Assembly: GCA_000165425.1 (NCBI GenBank)
Contig: CT868141.1
Location: 186,001 to 250,000, forward strand
Length of the DNA stretch: 64,000 bases
Direction of reading: 5' to 3'
DNA from: Paramecium tetraurelia
Lineage: Eukaryota
The notes beneath the pieces are model-generated. The model ran no database searches, was not told the origin of the DNA, and was given only the letters and a program-made list of their open reading frames with translations. Made by a program: the position numbers and the translations under genes. This document shows, in pieces, positions 56,680-64,000 of the stretch (position 1 is the stretch's first letter; every line of letters starts with the position of its first letter).

Positions 56680-58430
56680 TCAGATATTTTTCAAATGATT
56701 CCACATGTCTTGGATCTTATCAACAGTAACACCTTCTGTCAAGCAATCTTAGAATTCAGGATAGATCCCTGTAAATTGAGTACTTTCGATTAGTGCTATA
56801 ACAGTCACGACATCAAATTCATCAATGAATCGCTTTGAACATAATCGAGCATGTGCTTCAGATAATCTGATTAAAGATTCTAGTTTTCTTGCAGTAACTT
56901 ATTAAGTTTATTATCTGATAAATGTAAAGTATTTTTATATGACTTATTGACAATCTTCATTCATTATCGGTTGGAATGTGTTTTTAACATAGATAATATA
57001 TTACTTTAACTACTTTAAGGTATAATTTTATTTATTGTTGTTAAGATTGAAAATGTGATCGCACAACTATTTGTCTAATTCAAAGTCATGTTGATCCTTT
57101 AAAATGTATATTTGATCAAATCTACTTAATAATGGTGTAGATAACCCAGAATTATATTATATTGACAACTTACTATTATACACTTACTCAACTGGATTGC
57201 AAGCAGCTATAATGGTTGTTCTTGCATTTAATTTTGTTGATATACCAGCTTTGCTACTACTAATGGTTTGTTGTTCCAATGCTTCTAAAATAGACTATTA
57301 TGATTGTTAATTCAATAAGTTGAATTCGTCTATGCAACACAATCCTTAATCAGCCATCACTAAAGCTCCAGCTTCAATCATCCAATCTGATCCCTCTTTA
57401 ACAAAGGAAAGTGTTAATCCTGCTTGAGTTGTCCCTATTCCATTCACGTAGATTGATTTTTCACTTATAGTACAGGCATTTCTAAGGAATGTAGATTTAC
57501 CAGTTCCAGGTTCACCTATGAGTAAAAGATGAGAATCCCCTCTTACTGTAATCCCATTATTTGATTTTGTCACTCCTCCAATTAAACTTAAGAGTGTTCC
57601 TAATTTAACTTACCATTGATTGCATAATTCAGGTATGAATGAATTGATAACTTAATTTCTATGTTAAAAAGTGCTATTCAATTAGTCATCATCGATAGTC
57701 TAAAGTAGCTTTAATTAATTTTATAATCTTAGGTATTTGCAGTCTATCCATAGAGTTATTTGAGGTATCTATTTCATCATCTTCCATCTCTAAGTCACTA
57801 AGCCTCCAATTATGACATCGTCTCCTGAATTGCAACTATTTACGAACTCCCCCTCTAACATTACTCTGATGCTGTTGGATATCGTTCCAGGTTCAATTGT
57901 AGTGTAGGTGTCTTATATTTTGATTTCTTAATAATCAATTAATTTTGAATCTTCTAATTTTTCAAATGCTGTGGAATTGCACTTCTGCTTTTTGAATCCT
58001 TATATTTTCTGTTTGAAGAATGGGTTATATTTTTATTGTTTGATTACTATATTTTGACACTTCATTTGATTTTCAGTCATAAAATAATTAGATGAACATG
58101 ATTGAACTTCTGTGACAAATTTACACTCCTTGCATCGATAAGATAGAACTTTAGACATGGATTTAGCACTAGATTACAAAATTAACAATACATCCCGGCT
58201 CTAATGACTGTTCCCTTGATTAACACAATTTTGTGTGTTTAATTTATTTCAGCAATTTTATTTAATTTAAAACAAATTGGTATGTTTACGAATCGTAGTG
58301 TCTGTTGAAATGATAAATCATCAATATATTCACTTGAGTCTGGAAACTTATCCAATAGTTCTGTTAAACTAGTTAAATATTATTTATACTCTATGGTTTC
58401 TTATGAACAAAATTCTTTAATTGTTTCCAT
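56680..58430 (-). CDS. MCM9: DNA helicase MCM9
   Basis: [73 protein letters not shown]; Cys zinc motif. Confidence 0.88.
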
Positions 58431-58523
58431 TAAAAATAATTAATTAACACAATATTCTGAATTTTTCAACACTATTATGACAGTATTGTAACTATCTAAT
58501 TAATATTAATAAATTTCTAATTT

Positions 58524-59604
58524 ATGAGAAGAGTCTAATCAGCAGCACCTAATCTTGGTAAAACTAATTCGTATCTCTAGATTTTACCATGGAAGACATG
58601 TTTAAAATAGCAACTAAACAGACATCTGCCTTTGGAATTGAAGGATATGAAGTGACAAAAAAGTATGCAGACCCTCTTAAATAAATGGAAGATCGTAAGT
58701 TTGCTACTCAAAAGAAAGGTAAGCATTTTTACTCATGATTAAATTCGCAGGTTAAAAAAACTTAGGATATGTTACAAGACGAGGACATTATTTGGAGGAT
58801 CAAAAACGCATTTATGAAAAACTTCCTGCTCCAAACAAATACGATATTGTTAAACCTTGGGTAATTCCACTCTAAATTGCAAGATCTAAATCTGCTCCTC
58901 CAAAAAGGTCAGTCTTTTATTATGATTCTTAAATTTAGATCGACGTTTATTGATTAAATCTTTAAAGAAGCCAAGTTAAGAGCCGTGCCAGGTTCAGGAA
59001 AATATAACATAGTCCCACCATTGGAGGAAGTGTTGAAATAGGTAGAAGAATAGAAGAAAAAGAAAATAGAGTAATTATTTTATCACTTTTTAGGGCTGTT
59101 GAAAGACCTACCTATTTGAATGAGATCTAACATCTAGCAGTCATTAATCCAGGACCAGGAAATTATAATCCAAGGGTTTCTTTCATCTTTATTTTAGCCG
59201 ATTTCAAAAAAATTAAAAATCAATCAAACTAAACCGGCTGATTTTATTGCCAAAGACAAAGAACTTGCTAAGAAAAGAGGCAAGTCTGCTCTTCCTGATA
59301 TTGGGACTTATCATCCTGAACCAGTCTAATTCACTACTTTCAATAAATTATTAGATTTAACAAAGCGAAAGGATAAATTAGATAGGAATGTAATTATCAA
59401 TATAATTTATATCAGACTTTTGGAAAGGATGTTAGATTCAAAGACCCAAAGAAAAGTAAATCCAAATAAATACTATTACCTGGACCAGGGCAATATCCGA
59501 TGGTTGTGCAATGGGCTGGAAAAGAATAGGATAAAAATAAAACCAAATAAAAAACATATTTGCAGGCAATCTCAAAAGGGTGTGAACGTTCCATTTATTA
59601 TTGA
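58524..59604 (+). CDS. SHIPPO/ODF3-like PG-rich repeat ciliary protein
   Basis: Repeats LPAPNKY, VPGSGKY, NPGPGNY, LPDIGTY, LPGPGQY; multiple short introns. Confidence 0.82.
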
Positions 59605-59659
59605 AATGAGTCACAATATTGATCTTACAATTTTGATCAAAATTATATTAAAATAATTA

Positions 59660-60617
59660 ATGAAATCTTAAGTTGAATAATGTGAATTATTGTTAAAATA
59701 ATAACAATATTAAGAATTATCAAATGAAGTTAGCAGGATGTTAGAGGAAGAAAGAGATTCGGAAGAGGAGATCTAATAAAAGCTAGAGTAATACCAAGAA
59801 TAAGTAAAGTACTTGGAATAATTGAAAAAAGAAGAAGTATATTTATTTTCATCGCAAGGAAACATTAAATGAATATTACTCCGAATATTTCAACCATATA
59901 GAGCAGGAAAAACAAATACTCTAGTAAATTGAAAATGAAATATAGATTTAAAAATAAAGGGAAATTTAGTTATAGATCGATTTAAAAGTAGCTGCTGAAC
60001 AAGAGCAAATGTATTTTATATAATAATATATATTGATATGAGAATCAAAAAGAGAACTTTATGATGCTATTTTAGCGATGTCATGAATATCATCAATAAA
60101 ATCAAATCCTTGCTCAACAAATCGAGGCTTTCAAATATGAAAATGATGATTTAATCAGAGGTTATACATCTCTATATATTTTAGAGTCCCAACACTTAGA
60201 AGGTTAATCAGAGCAATAAATAAAATATATCAATTGTTTGAAATAACTCAATCAAAAAACAGAAGAAACGCTAGAAAAATTATAGGTCTATCAGGAAGAA
60301 TTGAAGCAACTCTTACATAAAGGAAAGCAAGATCAAGGACCTAAATTTGATCCAATTTAATTCATTAAAAGTGTAACAACTGCATAGCAATAAACTGATA
60401 ATTCTAATTAGAAAAAAAGCGATGTTGAATAAAGTAATAATTTATCCTAAAAAAGACTAATCTTTCGTACAAGAGATTACTCAAAATCCATAGATTCAAT
60501 AATAGGAAATATAAGAAAACTAAGGCTTTTTTAAATATAGTTATTTAGCAGCGATCACAGCATCAATAGTAATAGGAGTTATTATTAAAAAAAAATTACT
60601 ATGATTCTTTTTGGTGA
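59660..60617 (+). CDS. Coiled-coil hypothetical protein
   Basis: E/Q-rich table-6 frame with short introns, ending YDSFW-TGA; an upstream in-frame ATG at 59606 is possible. Confidence 0.6.
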
Positions 60618-60707
60618 TTTATAACAAATATATTTATACAACAATTTAGTTATGACAAATAATTAAAAAGATAGAATAAATTAATTGAGAATATTTAAAA
60701 TTTTTTA

Positions 60708-61433
60708 TCATTTTATTCCTTTAATTTATAAATAATATTTACTAATTTAGCCATCCTTTGGTTGTATCAATTCATAATCTGCACTATTTAATGAAGATTA
60801 TTATTGCCATCTTTTTATAGAATATCATTAGTGCTATGAAATCCTTGATAACCTATTTAGAAAATTAGAATAATTATTTAGAAAAATAAGATTTAATTGA
60901 AAGTTTTGTTGATGAAGTCTGATTATATTTCATTCTTAAACGACAAATTGAATGATTGTGAATGTGCATAATAATAAAATCATGATGACGTATAGTTTCC
61001 TACTTAATGTTCGAGTTCTGCTACTTTTTAGGTTGCTGCTAGAATTAACTGCTAAATTTAGCTTTTTTCTTTTTTTAATTCAGTTATTTAACTTTACAAT
61101 TTAGAATTCTCATCTTTTTAGGTATTTATTGCCTATATCATTGTTATTTGATACTTGTCTTAAATCTCTTAGCATTGCATCAAGAGTAGGCTATGTTGTA
61201 TTCTTTATTTCTTCATTATTATTTGTTATTCTCTATTTCATCAAATGTAACTCCTATTTTAGTTGATCAATCTCATGTTTATAGCTTTATAACAATTCAT
61301 TAGACAGTTCAGTAATATTCTAAAAATTTAAGAATCTAATTACATTAACTAAAAGCATATGATTTTTAGCATTAGTAGCTGATTCCTGATCTAATTTGGA
61401 GCTATGGACTTATTATTATTAAATTTCTGACAT
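60708..61433 (-). CDS. Hypothetical coiled-coil protein
   Basis: MSEIQQQQVHSSK start, short GT-AG introns, ends KGIK-TGA. Confidence 0.55.
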
Positions 61434-61565
61434 TTATTTTAATTATATTAATTTTTAATCAAAAAAAAAATATTTATTTTCTAATATATAAAATTTAAGA
61501 AGTAAAAAATAAATTTTTGTTAGCTAATTATAAAAATTTATTATTATTTTATAATTGCTTAAATG

Positions 61566-62102
61566 TCAAAGGCTCAATTCAATAGAAAATCCTGTCTTTT
61601 TGTTGTTATTGCTATCCTTTTTTCCTTTAATTATCGGCTGTTCTACTTAAATAGCATCTTTCATTTGTTGCTTTTGTTTCCTTTTGAGATATTTTGCTCT
61701 ATATTTCAATTAATAGATATGTTTATTATAAGTTTTTTGGGTTTCAAAGGTTTTATTACAATGATCACAAGCAAATTGGATCTTTTATGTTTGTTACTTT
61801 TAAATTTATTTTTTTTTAATTTTATTATCATTTTTTTAGGGTTTTTAATTTTCTTCAATCATCCTATCGTTCCCTTCTTCAATTTAAATGGTTCCTGCTT
61901 TTTTTTTTTACTATTTCTTCTTTGATTTTTCACCTTGTTTAGGAGAATTTTTTAAAGGAATTTATGTATCTTCACTTTCCAACTATCCATTCGATGTAGT
62001 AGTTTATTTTTGAAGGGCTTCCAATTACTCAGACATAGTAGCACATTTTTCATAGAGGGCGGCCACAGTTTCAAAATGTTATGTTAAAGGAATGTATTTC
62101 AT
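61566..62102 (-). CDS. Lys-rich protein with a single C2H2-like zinc finger
   Basis: 537-bp frame containing FACDHCNKTFETQKTYNKH (second His not evident). Confidence 0.6.
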
Positions 62103-62973
62103 ATATATATTTTTAAAATTTTTATCTTTTTATAATATTTATATCATTTTTTCCTTTAAATTTTTTTCTCATTATAAATCCTTTATTTATTTTACTTTAA
62201 ATATATTGTTTAAACTTCATATTTTGAATAATTTTGATTTATTAAAAATAGTATGAAATTATAAACTAAAAAATTAATTTTTTTTGATTTTTTTTTAATT
62301 TTTAAATTACTTACTTAACTCTTATATATAACTATTACTAATCGATGATAGTAATTGTTTAACAAGTAATTCATATACTATACTTACCTAATAAAAATTG
62401 ATTTTGATTGAAAGTCTAACCTATAAGATTAATTTAATTAGATAGGATTACATTTATACACTCCATTTGAATTTTATTAATTTAAATTCTTAGATAATAT
62501 TACTTAATTGGAGTTTTGATCATTGAATAAATAATGTTATTCAAATTTATAATATTATTATATGTGGAGACTTTGAATAATAAATTGTCAACATTATTAA
62601 AAGATTTGTTTACAAAAAAACTCACTTTAAAATAATAGCTTAGGAACTAAAAATGATACATAAATATTTCCCAAAGTAGATCTCTAATCATCAATTTGAT
62701 AACATTGATATGGTATGATTTAATAAAAATACTAAAATATATAGATATTGTATTTATTTTTTCTATGATCAAACTTAAAGGATTATAAACATTAAGTTAG
62801 TTAGCAGAAATAATCAAGATAAATTATGGATAAATATCATGTATTATCTTTAAATTATTCTTCAATATCAGTTATACAAATGCAAAATGCTTAAATATAG
62901 GTCATCAATATAATTAAAAATAAACATAATTGTGTGGTTATTTGAAATTAAATAAAATCTTTTTTTATTATTC

Positions 62974-63623
62974 ATGGGTATTTCAAGAGATAGCAGACAC
63001 AAGAGAAGACTTACAGGAGGACGTATGCCAATCCATAAGAAGAAGAGAGCATTCGAGAAAGGAAGACAAGCTGCTATGACTAAATTAGTATCTGGTGAAA
63101 AGAGAGTGAGAAGATTAAGAGTTAGAGGAGGAAACTTCAAATTCAGAGCACTTAGATTATCAGAAGGCAATTTTTCATGGGCTAGTGAAGGTGTTGCAAA
63201 AAAAGCAAAGATTGTAGAAGTTGTTTATCATCCTTCAAATAATGAATTAGTCAGAACTAAGACACTTACAAGAGGTGCTATTGTGTAAGTTGATGCTACA
63301 CCATTCAAATAATGGTATTTGAAGAAATACAATATTGATTTGGGTGCTAAAAAGGGTTAAAAGAAAGTAAGAATTTTGAAAATAACAATAAGGATCAACC
63401 AGCTTAAGCAGAAGTCAAGAAATCTAGATCATTATAAAAGAAATTAGACTAAAGAATAAAAGAGAGAGTTATTGATAATTTAGTAGCAGAACAATTCTAA
63501 AATCAAAGACTTTTAGTGAGAGTCACATCTAGACCAGGATAATCAGGTAGAGCTGATGGATACATTCTTGAAGGAAAAGAGTTAGAATTCTATGTCAAAA
63601 AAATTGAATCAAAGAAGAAATGA
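62974..63623 (+). CDS. RPS8: 40S ribosomal protein S8 (eS8)
   Basis: [46 protein letters not shown]; one short intron. Confidence 0.98.
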
Positions 63624-63660
63624 CATTTTTATTATCAATACAAGTACATTAGCATTTAAA

Positions 63661-64000
63661 TCAATAATTCATTTTTTATAATCCATCATCTTTTATTTGG
63701 CTTCTTCTTTTGTATTGTGTACTTATTGTGTCATCAAAGAAATAAATATTGGTACCATAATCATAGAAAGTACCATGACAATGACATATTGAATCTAAAT
63801 TTAATAATATCAATACATATCTTGTATCGAAAGAATAACTTATATCCTTAACATAATTATTATCAAATCCTTATTCTGCTATATCATTATGCATTCCATA
63901 CTTAAGAGTGCATCTCAATAAACCAAGAAATGAATAAAAGAAATTATCATGATTTACTAGCTTCCCTTATAATGTAATGCTCCATGACATAGCACAAATG
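63661..64000 (-). CDS. 3' end of a membrane protein (possible channel pore helix plus last TM); truncated by window
   Basis: FFYSFLGLLRCTLKYGMHND...|IQYVIVMVLSMIMVPIFISLM...TGA 63661-63663; one 22-nt intron. Confidence 0.5.

Overview
AT-rich, very gene-dense ciliate DNA, almost certainly Paramecium macronuclear sequence (inferred; species not determined). Reading frames run through TAA/TAG (Gln, translation table 6) and stop only at TGA. Introns are 20-34 nt GT..AG, and an epiplasmin gene is present. The supplied standard-code ORF track therefore shows only fragments, so all genes were re-translated by eye with table 6. About 40 protein-coding genes are supported, including an SLC25 carrier, ABHD17-like hydrolase, ATP12, DUSP, Tudor-SN, legumain, a DH-PH-PX-FERM RhoGEF, three kinases, a Sec13/Seh1-like WD40 protein, MOB1, BCAT, a Josephin DUB, an MFS transporter, MTHFS, a DadA-like oxidoreductase, epiplasmin, TTLL9, an EF-hand/FAM161-like protein, CCZ1, MCM9, a SHIPPO-repeat protein and RPS8. 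No rRNA, tRNA, CRISPR array or transposon was recognised. The main oddities are an in-frame TGA inside an otherwise intact Tudor-SN gene, head-to-head genes whose ATGs are only 11-21 bp apart, two MGC-start microproteins sharing a KVP..N..RR motif, a Rab-fold protein lacking nucleotide-binding motifs, a PAM2-like Cys-cluster microprotein, and a RING/54xGln/CaaX protein. Coordinates are hand-counted and may be off by a few bases.
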